Positions 9,424-19,311 of a DNA stretch of 51,366 nucleotides are shown here, in pieces; the first letter of the stretch is position 1; the number at the start of each line of letters is the position of its first letter. A program made the position numbers and the translations under genes. This stretch comes from Candidatus Zambryskiibacteriota bacterium. Its GTDB lineage: Bacteria > Patescibacteriota > Minisyncoccia > Phycocordibacterales > DATDWN01. The stretch spans positions 1 through 51,366 of the forward strand of contig JAPLZY010000008.1 in the NCBI GenBank assembly GCA_026394775.1. Reading direction: 5' to 3'. The notes below the pieces were generated by a model. The model made no database searches. It was not told the origin of the DNA and worked only from the letters and a program-made list of their open reading frames with translations.

Positions 9424-10779
9424 ATGACTACAAACAGATCTCCATGGATTCATCAGCTTACTCGTACAGACCCTTTTCCGTCTTTGCATACTGACATTAA
9501 AACAGACGTAACTATAGTTGGGGGAGGGATCGCTGGCGTGGCCACCGCCTTTTTCTTGCTTACTGAGACAGATAAAAATGTTGTGCTCGTAGAAGCACAA
9601 CAAATAGCTCGAGGTGCAACAGGGCATAATGCGGGCCAGGTTGTCAGTTATTTTGAGCGCTCGTTTGCAGATATTGTCTCCGAATTTGGATTGGAATATG
9701 CAGGTGCTGCTCAAAAATCAATTGAAGATTCTTGGGTTTTGCTTGACCAAATGTATACAAAAGCAGGTCTGACAATTCCACTCTCTAGATTTTTGGGACA
9801 CGCAGGATTCTCTTCTTATGAGCAAGTGATTAGTCATCTGAAAGATAGTGCATGTCGAGAAAAAGCAGGGCTGTCTCTAGAGTCTTTTCGGATTTCAAAC
9901 AGAGCTGCGTATGTTCAAAAAATTCCACAAGAATACTCTCATCTCTATGAATGTGTAGAACATGATGTCATCATGTCTTTACTGGAAACAAAAGATCCGA
10001 GTTTTAGTGCGGTGTTGTCGTATCAGAAAGGTTGTCTTAATAGCGCACTTTTTTCTGACGAATCAATTGTGTATTTAAAAAATACGTACCCAGAGCGTTT
10101 TTCAGTATATGAAAATACTGCAATTTTAAAAGTTGTACTAAAAAAAGACCATGCTTTGTTAGATGCGGGGGTTGCAACAATAGATACGGGAAAAGTAGTT
10201 TTGTGTACAAACGGTTTTGAGACGCTGACTATTTTTAATGAATCTGGTCTCGATATCGATACACAATTCCATCATGATGTGAAAGGAACTATCGGCTATA
10301 TGTCAGGGTATCTTGAGCCGATGAATAAGCCCCCAACTGCAATTAGTTATTTTACAAACCCTGATGCATCTACACTTGACCCGTATTTTTACCTTACCCG
10401 AAGGCAATACGAATACGAACAAGGTTCAGTGCACAATCTCATATCTGTGGGAGGTCCAGAGGTGTCGCTCGATGACAAAAAATCATACTCACGAGATTTG
10501 TTGTATCCCGAGTCTGAACAAAAAAATATCGATACCTTTATCAAAACTATATACGAAACAGATCCAAATCGAGAAATAGATTATAAGTTTACATGGCATG
10601 GACTCATGGGCTATACCCCAAACCTTATTCGAAGAATCGGTTTTGAACCAAAAAATAAGGTTTTAATGTATAATTTAGGATGTAATGGTGTTGGTATTTT
10701 GCCGTCCGTGTTTGGAGGAAAACGAATAGCTGATTTATTAAATGGTGACACGAGTACAACAATATTTGATCCACAATAA
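9424..10779 (+). CDS. FAD-dependent oxidoreductase (DAO family)
   Basis: IVGGGIAG, GATGHNAG, WHGLMGYT, GCNGVG. Confidence 0.88.
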   Translation: MTTNRSPWIHQLTRTDPFPSLHTDIKTDVTIVGGGIAGVATAFFLLTETDKNVVLVEAQQIARGATGHNAGQVVSYFERSFADIVSEFGLEYAGAAQKSIEDSWVLLDQMYTKAGLTIPLSRFLGHAGFSSYEQVISHLKDSACREKAGLSLESFRISNRAAYVQKIPQEYSHLYECVEHDVIMSLLETKDPSFSAVLSYQKGCLNSALFSDESIVYLKNTYPERFSVYENTAILKVVLKKDHALLDAGVATIDTGKVVLCTNGFETLTIFNESGLDIDTQFHHDVKGTIGYMSGYLEPMNKPPTAISYFTNPDASTLDPYFYLTRRQYEYEQGSVHNLISVGGPEVSLDDKKSYSRDLLYPESEQKNIDTFIKTIYETDPNREIDYKFTWHGLMGYTPNLIRRIGFEPKNKVLMYNLGCNGVGILPSVFGGKRIADLLNGDTSTTIFDPQ

Positions 10780-10782
10780 TAT

Positions 10783-11805
10783 ATGATTAATCGAAGTAAA
10801 GTTGAAATAATTTTCTTTTCAGTCTTGTTTGGGGCGGTACTCGTGCTCACTTTTTTTGTGTTTAAACCTTTTTTTACAACACTTTTTCTTGCGGCAACAT
10901 TTGCAATAGTGCTTTTTCCACTCTATCAATACATCCTTAAACTTTTTAAAGGGCGGGAAATTGTAAGTGTTCTCACAACTATTTTTATAGGCCTTGTGTT
11001 TGTCATACTTCCCGTTGTGTTTTTGGGACAAGAAGCTTTTGAGCAAGCGCGAAGTCTCTATGTAAAATTCTCTACAAACAATATTAGTGAATTTGACTAC
11101 GTGGCGCGTTTAATTGAAGAGCCAATTCAAAAATTTGTCCCGGATTTTTCTATCGATGTCGATCAGTATATTAGACTTTCTTTAGGTTGGGTAACAGATA
11201 ATTTTAAAGACGTCCTCTTCGGTACACTCACTGTCGTTGTTGACGTTTTTCTTATCATACTCGCACTTTTCTTTTTCCTTAAAGACGGAAAGAGGTTTGT
11301 TCAGAGGCTTACAGAGCTTTCACCGCTCCATGATGCATATGACAGAGAACTTTTGGAAAAAACAGCAAATACTATAACAACGGTTGTAAAAGGCACTCTC
11401 CTTATTGCGCTTGTACAGGGTGTTCTTGCGGGAATCGGACTTGCTATTTTTGGTGTGCCAAACGCGGTGTTGTGGGGAGCGCTCGCGGCTTTGTGTGCGT
11501 TTGTGCCGGGACTCGGTACTGCTATTGTTATTATTCCTTCCGTTATCTACCTTTTTGTTATTGGAAATATTCCATTTGCTATTGGGCTATCAGCGTGGGG
11601 GATGATATTGGTAGGTATGATCGACAATGTGCTTGGACCGTATCTCTATAAGCGCGGCACACGACTTCACTCGCTTGTTGTGCTGTTTGCAGTGCTCGGT
11701 GGTATCTCTTTCTTTGGACCAGAAGGTGTTCTTTTGGGGCCTGTCATTGCAAGTCTTTTTATTTCCCTGATTCATATTTACGAAAAAATGGTAATTGCAA
11801 AATAA
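10783..11805 (+). CDS. AI-2E family transporter
   Basis: Hydrophobic profile, IDNVLGP, GGISFFGPEGVLLGP. Confidence 0.88.
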   Translation: MINRSKVEIIFFSVLFGAVLVLTFFVFKPFFTTLFLAATFAIVLFPLYQYILKLFKGREIVSVLTTIFIGLVFVILPVVFLGQEAFEQARSLYVKFSTNNISEFDYVARLIEEPIQKFVPDFSIDVDQYIRLSLGWVTDNFKDVLFGTLTVVVDVFLIILALFFFLKDGKRFVQRLTELSPLHDAYDRELLEKTANTITTVVKGTLLIALVQGVLAGIGLAIFGVPNAVLWGALAALCAFVPGLGTAIVIIPSVIYLFVIGNIPFAIGLSAWGMILVGMIDNVLGPYLYKRGTRLHSLVVLFAVLGGISFFGPEGVLLGPVIASLFISLIHIYEKMVIAK

Positions 11806-13152
11806 ATGAGTGTTGATCAGCGAAGAATACGGTCTCTCAATAACGGTGAGTATAAAGAAGGGTTGGTTTTGTATTGGATGAATCGAGATATGCGTATTGT
11901 AGATAACTGGGCTTTTATTCGAGCAGAAGAGTTGGCAGAAATGCACGGCGCTCCTCTGCATGTAGTATATAATCTCGTCCCGAATTTCTTGGGAGGAGGT
12001 TCTCGTCAGTTGGATTTTAAAATACAAGCTCTCAAAGAGCTCATGCTTCTCGCTAAAGAAAAAAATATTTCGTTTACTGTAACCACTGACCCTATTGATG
12101 TGTATGTGGAGCGTGTGGTTAAAAGTGAGGGGGTAGGTTTTCTGGTAACTGACTTTTCACCACTCAAGATTTCTAGAGAGTGGCTTGATGCTCTGAATAA
12201 AAAAATACATATTCCATTTGAAGAGGTGGATGCGCATAATATTGTGCCATGCTTTTTTGTTTCGCAAAAGCAAGAGTTTGCAGCCTATACATTGCGACCA
12301 AAAATAGAAAAAGTTTTAAGTGAGTTTTTGATTGAGTTTCCAAAAAAGCAGTATGTGTATCCGAGACAAGATGCATCAGTAAAAGATATTGATTATGAAT
12401 TGCTTTTGAAAAATATTTCGGTAACACAAAACAGCCAATCTCCACTTGAAATCAAAGGAGGAGCATCTGTTGCAAAAAAAGTACTGCATACATTTATAAA
12501 AGAAAAGCTCGAAGAGTACGATACGGGTCGCAACGATCCCACACAAGATTTCCAATCAGGTTTGTCACCCTACTTGCATTATGGAAATATTTCCGCCCAA
12601 CGTGTGGCTCTGGAAGTAGAAAAATCAGATGCACCGAGAGTGGCAAAAGATGCTTTTCTAGAAGAGCTCATTGTTCGCAAAGAACTTTCTGATAACTTTT
12701 GTTTATATAATACAGAGTATGATTCGGTAAGAGGTTTTCCAAACTGGAGTAAACTATCTCTTGATTCGACACGAAATGATCTGCGAGATTATGTGTATAC
12801 ACAGGAAGAGTTTGAGTTGGGAGCGACCCATGACCCTCTATGGAACGCAGCGCAGACTCAGATGGTAAGGGAAGGTAAAATGCATGGCTATATGCGCATG
12901 TATTGGGCAAAGAAAATACTGGAATGGACAGAGAGTCCTGAAGATGCAATGCGCATAGCGATTTATTTAAATGATACATACGAGCTCGACGGAAGAGATC
13001 CAAATGGATATGCGGGTATTGCATGGTCTATTGGTGGCGTGCATGACCGTGCATGGTTTAAGCGCCCAGTATATGGGCAGGTGAGATATATGAATGCCAA
13101 TGGTGCAGCAAAGAAATTTGACGTTGATGCTTATATAAAAAAATACAGCTAG
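11806..13152 (+). CDS. phrB: class II CPD DNA photolyase
   Basis: YWMNRDMRIVDNWA, SGLSPYLHYG, MHGYMRMYWAKKILEW, DGRDPNGYAG. Confidence 0.93.
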   Translation: MSVDQRRIRSLNNGEYKEGLVLYWMNRDMRIVDNWAFIRAEELAEMHGAPLHVVYNLVPNFLGGGSRQLDFKIQALKELMLLAKEKNISFTVTTDPIDVYVERVVKSEGVGFLVTDFSPLKISREWLDALNKKIHIPFEEVDAHNIVPCFFVSQKQEFAAYTLRPKIEKVLSEFLIEFPKKQYVYPRQDASVKDIDYELLLKNISVTQNSQSPLEIKGGASVAKKVLHTFIKEKLEEYDTGRNDPTQDFQSGLSPYLHYGNISAQRVALEVEKSDAPRVAKDAFLEELIVRKELSDNFCLYNTEYDSVRGFPNWSKLSLDSTRNDLRDYVYTQEEFELGATHDPLWNAAQTQMVREGKMHGYMRMYWAKKILEWTESPEDAMRIAIYLNDTYELDGRDPNGYAGIAWSIGGVHDRAWFKRPVYGQVRYMNANGAAKKFDVDAYIKKYS

Positions 13153-13228
13153 TTTTGTTCGTGTACAGTCACAATACCTTATTGTATTATAAAGAGATAT
13201 ATAAATAGTATTTGATTACTTTACCTAA

Positions 13229-13717
13229 ATGAATAAAAAAATTATTTACATCCTGATTTTTATTTTTCTGATTGGAGGATTTTTGTATTCATATATATCT
13301 CGCATCAGCAAACCAATGGTTGTAGAAAATGTTTTGGAGAAAGAAGTGCTCGTATCTGTTTCTGCCACATCAACACAGGAGGGCGGGTTTAAAAAGACAG
13401 TAAAAAAAACAGTAGCGCAGAGTAGCTCGTCGCCAAGCAATGTAGAAAATATGTACGTGGTTACCTATACAGAAAATGGTTTCAAACCAAGTGAAATCAA
13501 AATCCCTCGTGGCGCAACAATACGTTTTGTAAATAAAACAAACACCTCAATGAGGATCTTTGCAAATGATAATGCAAAGCCTCCATTTTCTGACCTCAAT
13601 CAACCAAAAGCACTAGGGAAAAATGGTGAGTACACCTTTAATTTTGTATACAGTGGTGTGTGGGCATACTACAACTCACTTGATGCAAAACATACGGGGA
13701 GTATAGTCGTGTATTAA
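13229..13717 (+). CDS. membrane-anchored cupredoxin-like domain protein
   Basis: N-terminal TM; YTENGFKPSEIKI...GATIRFVN...GVWAYYN...GSIVV. No Cys copper ligand. Confidence 0.65.
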   Translation: MNKKIIYILIFIFLIGGFLYSYISRISKPMVVENVLEKEVLVSVSATSTQEGGFKKTVKKTVAQSSSSPSNVENMYVVTYTENGFKPSEIKIPRGATIRFVNKTNTSMRIFANDNAKPPFSDLNQPKALGKNGEYTFNFVYSGVWAYYNSLDAKHTGSIVVY

Positions 13718-13727
13718 TATTTTTTTT

Positions 13728-14252
13728 ATGACATCACAATACAAAACTCATTTTGAAACAAAAGTATACCAGACTAAATATCGTGTTCACTTTATTCGAA
13801 TCACCGAAGACATAGAAGCTGTGATAGAGCGTTCGGGGGTGTCAGAGGGAAGTGTTGTGGTCCAAACACACCATACGACCGCAAGCTTATGGGTCAACGA
13901 AGATGAAAAAAACCTCATTGGTCCTTCAGAAGAAATGGGCTATACCGCAGACCTTCGAAAAATTCTTGATAGTTTTGCAAGTCCAATGCTCGACTATGGG
14001 CATAATGATATTGCCCATGCAGAAAACAAAGGAGGCAAAAGAAATACTCATCTGTGCGAGCCAGATGAACACGGTGTAATACATGAATGTGTTAATGGAC
14101 ATGCACATGCTCAGGCAATGGTGCTTCAGTCTTCAATCACTCTCATTGTTCATGAAGGGAAGTTGTGTAAAGGAAAATGGCAACAGGTTATGCTCGTAGA
14201 GCTCGACCACGATAGGAAGCGGACAGTGTCTTTTATGGTTCAAGGGGTTTAG
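13728..14252 (+). CDS. yjbQ: YjbQ-family protein (secondary thiamine-phosphate synthase-like)
   Basis: HTTASLWVNE, NGHAH, GKWQQVMLVELD. Confidence 0.85.
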   Translation: MTSQYKTHFETKVYQTKYRVHFIRITEDIEAVIERSGVSEGSVVVQTHHTTASLWVNEDEKNLIGPSEEMGYTADLRKILDSFASPMLDYGHNDIAHAENKGGKRNTHLCEPDEHGVIHECVNGHAHAQAMVLQSSITLIVHEGKLCKGKWQQVMLVELDHDRKRTVSFMVQGV

Positions 14253-14290
14253 TTGACTCTTGTTGTTAAATGGGGCATTCTTGTGTAAGA

Positions 14291-14419
14291 ATGCTTAAAA
14301 TTATATTCAGTCCCTTCGTTTTTGTGCTTTTTTGTCTTCTGGGATTTGCTCTCGCAATGGGGGCGGAAATCCATGTCAGAGACTCAATTAAAAATTTTAA
14401 CAAACGGGAGGCTGCATGA
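14291..14419 (+). CDS. small hydrophobic protein (42 aa, below the ORF-track cutoff)
   Basis: MLKIIFSPFVFVLFCLLGFALAMGAEIHVRDSIKNFNKREAA*. TTGACT-17 nt-CATTCT upstream and a hairpin plus T-run overlapping the stop. Confidence 0.5.
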   Translation: MLKIIFSPFVFVLFCLLGFALAMGAEIHVRDSIKNFNKREAA

Positions 14420-14459
14420 AAATGCAAGCCTCTTTTGGTTTATATGGTATAAATAAAGT

Positions 14460-15344
14460 ATGACAATTCTTATTACACACAAAGAAGAGGGTTATGAGCT
14501 TTTGGACTCAGGAGACGGAGAAAAACTCGAACGCTTTGGGGAGGTGGTTTTGGTACGACCTGACCCAGAAGTGCTCTGGAAAAAAACACAGAGTGACGAG
14601 GTGTGGAATACTGCTCATGCGCATTTTAAGAAAGGTGATAAGGGTGCAAAATGGCAGATACATAAAGATATCCCTATGCACTGGACTGCTCTTGTTGGCG
14701 GAGTTACTATGGTCTGTAAGATTGGAAATAATAAACATGTAGGAGTGTTTCCAGAGCAGGTTGCTCAGTGGGAGTGGATGAAGGATAGAATCTTGAAGTC
14801 AGAAGCAAAAAGTAAGAATGAGACTATAAAAGTACTCAATCTTTTTGCCTATACAGGAGGAGCGAGTATGGCTTTGGCGAGTGCTGGAGTAGAAGTGACT
14901 CATGTAGATGCATCCAAAGCTTCTATCACCTGGGCACATGAAAACAAAAAGAGTGCAGGGTTAGAAAAAGCAGAAATACGCTTTATGCTCGATGATGTCC
15001 GCAAGTTTGTGGAGCGAGATATAAAAAGAGGGGTGACCTATGATGCAATCTTGATGGATCCACCGGTGTATGGCAGGGGAACAAAAAAGCAGTCCAAAGA
15101 CCAGATGTGGCATATTGACGACGACCTACTCCCACTCCTTGAGCGTTCTTTGAAGCTTCTCTCAAAAGATCCGCTTTTTGTGGTGGTGACCGGATATGCT
15201 TCTGAATATTCACATCTTTCATACGCTAATGCGCTGTTGGGTGTACTGCCTCATGCAACTATTGAGTCGGGGGAACTGGCGATTGAAGAATCAGGATCTA
15301 AAAGACTTCTCCCTGCAGGTATTTTTGCACGAGCTACTTTTTAA
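14460..15344 (+). CDS. SAM-dependent methyltransferase (RlmI/YwbD-like)
   Basis: YELLDSGDGEKLERFG, VLNLFAYTGG, ILMDPPVYG. Confidence 0.85.
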   Translation: MTILITHKEEGYELLDSGDGEKLERFGEVVLVRPDPEVLWKKTQSDEVWNTAHAHFKKGDKGAKWQIHKDIPMHWTALVGGVTMVCKIGNNKHVGVFPEQVAQWEWMKDRILKSEAKSKNETIKVLNLFAYTGGASMALASAGVEVTHVDASKASITWAHENKKSAGLEKAEIRFMLDDVRKFVERDIKRGVTYDAILMDPPVYGRGTKKQSKDQMWHIDDDLLPLLERSLKLLSKDPLFVVVTGYASEYSHLSYANALLGVLPHATIESGELAIEESGSKRLLPAGIFARATF

Positions 15345-15346
15345 AT

Positions 15347-15383
15347 TAAAAAAAGCGCGTAGCCGACGAGGGTCGGCTACGCG
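15347..15383 (-). terminator. intrinsic terminator for a minus-strand transcript
   Basis: Perfect 12-bp stem CGCGTAGCCGAC/GTCGGCTACGCG with an A8 run on its left. Confidence 0.7.
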
Positions 15384-15404
15384 GATTCGGGTGGATTACT
15401 TAAC

Positions 15405-15533
15405 CTAGAGCCACTCATCTTCTAGGTGCGGCCCAGTCTTTGGAGGGCGTTCATTTTCAACTTTCGGTGGAGGAGGGGTGGTTTTTTGAGCAGTCTCCAG
15501 CTGCTCATTTTGTTGAGGTGTTGAGGTGTGCAT
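15405..15533 (-). CDS. small Pro-rich peptide (42 aa)
   Basis: MHTSTPQQNEQLETAQKTTPPPPKVENERPPKTGPHLEDEWL*, followed directly by the minus-strand terminator. Confidence 0.4.
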   Translation of the reverse strand: MHTSTPQQNEQLETAQKTTPPPPKVENERPPKTGPHLEDEWL

Positions 15534-15588
15534 ATGTCTTTCCATATCCTATCTAGCCGAGATGCAAGAGTCAAGTTATACTGTGTGT

Positions 15589-16131
15589 ATGAATACATTC
15601 GATGTTGCAGTTTTTGATTTTTTTCACTCCATTGCAAATCCTTTTTTAACCTATAGCTTTTATACTGCTACATGGTTTTTTAATGCGATACCTGCAACAT
15701 TTCTTTTTCTTCTCGCATCTTTTTTTATCTGCATGTGGGGTACGAGGAAATCTCTCACTGAATTTTGGGGAGCTATTGGATTTTCGTATGCACTCGTATG
15801 GGCAATAAAAGTATGGGTGAACTTTCCTCGTCCTGAGCTTGGTATTATCACTGCATTTGGCCCGAGCTTTCCTTCAGCACACACCGCCCTGGCGACCACT
15901 TTTTTCTTTTTCTTTTTGCGGTTTATGCGTCATGAGAAAAACATATTTCGCCGATGGGTTCATATTTTGTTTTGTGTGCTTTCTCCAGTTGTTGTAGGGA
16001 TGAGTCGACTTTATCTCGGTGTGCACTGGTTTTCCGATGTTCTTGCTGGGTTTACAATTGGTGTACTTGCGCTTATAGTTTCTGATTATATATGGAAGAA
16101 ATTTCACACCCACGTATTCTCTCTGGATTAG
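15589..16131 (+). CDS. PAP2-family phosphatase
   Basis: K...RP, SFPSAH, SRLYLGVHWFSDV. Confidence 0.9.
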   Translation: MNTFDVAVFDFFHSIANPFLTYSFYTATWFFNAIPATFLFLLASFFICMWGTRKSLTEFWGAIGFSYALVWAIKVWVNFPRPELGIITAFGPSFPSAHTALATTFFFFFLRFMRHEKNIFRRWVHILFCVLSPVVVGMSRLYLGVHWFSDVLAGFTIGVLALIVSDYIWKKFHTHVFSLD

Positions 16132-16946
16132 TCGTACGAGACGCGATCCGTGAAAAACTTGCTTCACAGGTGAGTACTTTTTTAACGCCGCCCACTCTTA
16201 TGATTATTCAAGTGGGAGATAGGGAGGATTCTAATACGTATATTAGGGAGAAAATAAATTTTGGAGCATCGATCGGTATGGAAGTAAAAGTAAAGAAACT
16301 TAAAGAGACGATAACAGAAGCTGAGTTAGAAGAAGAAATACATGTTCACAATACTGACACATCTGTCACGGGTATTATAGTCCAGCTACCACTGCCAGTT
16401 CATATATCTAAACATATACTCGAGCATATCAAACCACTCAAAGATGTTGATTGTTTGACTGCTTACCACGAAGAAAGGTTAAAAAACGGAGATGTGCGTT
16501 CTGCGCCGGCGACTGCTCGTGCAATACGTACTCTTTTAGAGTATTACACTATACCAGTGGCTTCTCGGCACATTGTGATTGTAGGAAGATCTCGTTTGGT
16601 GGGAGGCCCTACAGCTACACTCCTGCGACTTTCTGGGGCAAAGGTCTCAGTGATACATCGACAAACAGAAAACCCGAAAGCAATCAGTCAGAGTGCCGAT
16701 GTGCTTGTTGTGGCCTGTGGTGTACCTCAATTGATAACCGAAGAGTGGATCAATCCGAGTCTGCATACTGTAGTGGTAGATGTTGGCATACATCGCACAG
16801 AGACGGGTCTTGTGGGGGATGTTGATTTTGACAGAGTCAAAGGTTCTGTCTCTGCAATTTCTCCAGTGCCGGGTGGGGTAGGGCCTCTTACCGTAGCTTC
16901 TCTTTTTGAACACCTTGTCAGTACCCATGTTCAAAGCCTTGTATAG
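16092..16946 (+). CDS. folD: methylenetetrahydrofolate dehydrogenase/cyclohydrolase
   Basis: GIIVQLPLP, KDVD, VGRSRLVG, PVPGGVGPLTV. Confidence 0.95.
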   Translation: MEEISHPRILSGLVVRDAIREKLASQVSTFLTPPTLMIIQVGDREDSNTYIREKINFGASIGMEVKVKKLKETITEAELEEEIHVHNTDTSVTGIIVQLPLPVHISKHILEHIKPLKDVDCLTAYHEERLKNGDVRSAPATARAIRTLLEYYTIPVASRHIVIVGRSRLVGGPTATLLRLSGAKVSVIHRQTENPKAISQSADVLVVACGVPQLITEEWINPSLHTVVVDVGIHRTETGLVGDVDFDRVKGSVSAISPVPGGVGPLTVASLFEHLVSTHVQSLV

Positions 16947-16987
16947 GTGTGCTATACTAGACGGGTTATTCATTAAATAGAAAATAC

Positions 16988-17791
16988 ATGGACACACTAT
17001 TTGACTCAACTGATAAAAAGAAGGTTATAAAATATGTACTTGTTTTTGTTGTTATACTCTCTGTATTTGTGGGTATGAAAACACTCAATGCACTTAAAGA
17101 GTATTCATATATTGGAAAAAATATTCCTGCAATGAATGTTGTTTCAGTAACAGGAAAAGGGGAGGTTTATGCTAAACCTGACATAGCCTCTTTTACCTAC
17201 ACAGTTCTTGAAGAAGGTAAGGCAGCAGGAGAAGCACAGGATAAGGCTACTAAAAAAAGCAATCTAGTGATTGATGCTTTGAAGAAAGCAGATATTGAAG
17301 AAAAAGATATCAAGACTGTTTCGTACAATATAAATCCAAAATACGAATACACGGGTGGTGTATGTACACAGTATTCATGTCCTCCAAGTAAGTCTGTAAT
17401 CTCTGGATACGAAGTCTCACAATCAATAGAAGTAAAAGTGCGAAATATTGAAAAGGCGGGGGACATGCTCGCACTCGTGGGAGGCCTCAATGTTTCAAAT
17501 GTCTCAGGATTGAATTTTGTAGTTGATGATATGGAAGGGCTTAAGGCCGAAATTCGAAAACAAGCAATTATTGACGCAAAAGAAAAAGCTAAAGTTCTTT
17601 CAAAAGAACTTGGAGTAAAATTTGACGGTATTGTGAGTTTCTATGAATCGAGCGATGAAATCTACCCAATGCCAATGATGGCAAATGCAGCATACGGAAT
17701 GGCTATGGATTCAATGAAAGTTGCACCAAGTCTTCCGGCTGGAGAAAACAAACTGACTACTCAGGTGACTATCACCTATGCAGTTAAGTAG
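16988..17791 (+). CDS. SIMPL (DUF541) domain protein
   Basis: N-terminal TM, VSVTGKGEVYAKPD, AIIDAKEKA. Confidence 0.88.
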   Translation: MDTLFDSTDKKKVIKYVLVFVVILSVFVGMKTLNALKEYSYIGKNIPAMNVVSVTGKGEVYAKPDIASFTYTVLEEGKAAGEAQDKATKKSNLVIDALKKADIEEKDIKTVSYNINPKYEYTGGVCTQYSCPPSKSVISGYEVSQSIEVKVRNIEKAGDMLALVGGLNVSNVSGLNFVVDDMEGLKAEIRKQAIIDAKEKAKVLSKELGVKFDGIVSFYESSDEIYPMPMMANAAYGMAMDSMKVAPSLPAGENKLTTQVTITYAVK

Positions 17792-17818
17792 TTAAAACTA
17801 CTAAATCCGGTAAACTCC

Positions 17819-17848
17819 AAAAAAACGCCTCAGTTGAGGCGTTTTTTT
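17819..17848. terminator. intrinsic terminator
   Basis: AAAAAACGCCTC-AGTT-GAGGCGTTTTTT. Confidence 0.8.
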
Positions 17849-17937
17849 GATTATGTAAAAATATTGACTGATTGTGTAATAAAGAGTATTATATATTCAT
17901 TAGTCGGCCCCAGCAGGGCTTTTTTCAAACAAAATTT

Positions 17938-18117
17938 ATGAGCTTTATACAATACCTCAAAGAGACACAAGTGGAACTTAAACATGTTACCTGGCCAACA
18001 CGCAGTCAGACAATGGTATTTACTATCGTTGTTATACTCGTTTCATTTGGTGTAGCATATTTCCTCGGGCTTTTTGATTTTATCTTCAGTTTGGTATTAG
18101 AAAAATTCGTCCTCTAG
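17938..18117 (+). CDS. secE: preprotein translocase subunit SecE
   Basis: ELKHVTWPT followed by a single TM; upstream of nusG. Confidence 0.95.
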   Translation: MSFIQYLKETQVELKHVTWPTRSQTMVFTIVVILVSFGVAYFLGLFDFIFSLVLEKFVL

Positions 18118-18118
18118 G

Positions 18119-18233
18119 TAAACATACGAATATACAAATAGTCAAATGATGCGAATGGTTACGAATTAGAAAGTACTAAAAGCATTCATTCGTAACTATT
18201 CGTAGATTCGAATTATTCGTTAATTCGTATATT
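18119..18233. repeat. ACGAAT/ATTCGT intergenic hairpin element, copy A
   Basis: Tandem ACGAAT-like units followed by ATTCGT-like units; closely similar to 41736-41847. Confidence 0.85.
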
Positions 18234-18240
18234 AAATTTT

Positions 18241-18786
18241 ATGTCAAAACAACAAATAGGTGAAGGTCGCAATTGGTATGTGATCCATACATATGCAGGA
18301 TATGAAAATGCAGTGCAGAGAAATCTCAAACAGCGTATTGAGTCTTTAGCGATGGAGGACAAGATTTTCGATGTAGTGGTTCCTGTTGAAAAGAAAATCA
18401 AAATCAAAGCAGGGAAGAGAGTGGAAGAAGAAGAAAAGATCTACCCTGGATATGTACTCGTAGATATGGTGGTAACAGACGACTCGTGGTATGTCGTGCG
18501 AAATACTCCTCGTGTGACTGGTTTCGTCGGTTCAGGGGTGTTTCCAGTGCCGATAGACAAAAAAGAAGTGGATGCACTCTTTGCTCGTATGAATGCTCAT
18601 ACAACTAAGCACAAGATAGACTTGGCTTCTGGAGATATGGTCTCTATTGTAGATGGACCGTTTAAAGACCTTGAAGGTAAGGTCTCAGAGGTGGATGAAG
18701 AGAGAGGAAAGGTTAAAGTTCTTGTTGCTATGTTTGGACGCGAAACACCGGTAGAACTAGACTTTTTACAAGTAAGAAAGTCCTAG
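18241..18786 (+). CDS. nusG: transcription termination/antitermination factor NusG
   Basis: WYVIHTYAGYE, YPGYVLV, VRNTPRVTGFV, KOW motif, MFGRETPVEL. Confidence 0.98.
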   Translation: MSKQQIGEGRNWYVIHTYAGYENAVQRNLKQRIESLAMEDKIFDVVVPVEKKIKIKAGKRVEEEEKIYPGYVLVDMVVTDDSWYVVRNTPRVTGFVGSGVFPVPIDKKEVDALFARMNAHTTKHKIDLASGDMVSIVDGPFKDLEGKVSEVDEERGKVKVLVAMFGRETPVELDFLQVRKS

Positions 18787-18790
18787 AAGA

Positions 18791-18879
18791 AAGATTAAGG
18801 ATTAAAGATTAATGAATGGTACAATCTTGACTCTTACGTATTTTTACACTATTATTCCTAAATCATTGATCATTAATCC
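18791..18879. repeat. 7-nt periodic GATTAA/TTAATC imperfect inverted repeat
   Basis: AAGATTA AGGATTA AAGATTA ATGAAT ... ATTCC TAAATCA TTGATCA TTAATCC fills the nusG-rplK spacer. Confidence 0.65.
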
Positions 18880-18888
18880 ATTTATATT

Positions 18889-19311
18889 ATGGCTAAAAAA
18901 ATAACAAAAAAACTAAAACTCGTCATTCCTGCGGGTAAAGCGAATCCGGCTCCTCCAGTAGGTCCGGCTCTCGGTCAGGCAGGTGTGGCTATCGGTGAAT
19001 TCGTAAAGCAATTTAACGATGCAACGGCAAAGATGATGGGAGATATCGTGCCTGTAGAAATTACAGTGTATGAAGACCGAACATTTACTTTTGTACTTAA
19101 GACCCCTCCAGCATCAAGTCTTATACTCAAAGCCCTTGGAAAAGAGAAAGGTTCAGGTAAAAATGCTACTGCAAAGATCGGTACTCTTACAAAAGATCAG
19201 CTTAAAGAAATTGCAGAAAAGAAAATGGTTGATCTCAATGCTCACGATGTGGAAGCGGCGATGAAGATTATCGCTGGATCTGCACGATCTATGGGCGTTG
19301 AAGTGCGCTAA
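18889..19311 (+). CDS. rplK: 50S ribosomal protein L11
   Basis: [29 protein letters not shown]. Confidence 0.98.
   Translation: MAKKITKKLKLVIPAGKANPAPPVGPALGQAGVAIGEFVKQFNDATAKMMGDIVPVEITVYEDRTFTFVLKTPPASSLILKALGKEKGSGKNATAKIGTLTKDQLKEIAEKKMVDLNAHDVEAAMKIIAGSARSMGVEVR

Noticed and set aside
18119..18233. ACGAAT repeats as a CRISPR array
   Set aside because: Units are 6-9 nt with no unique spacers, the arms are inverted, and no cas genes are present.
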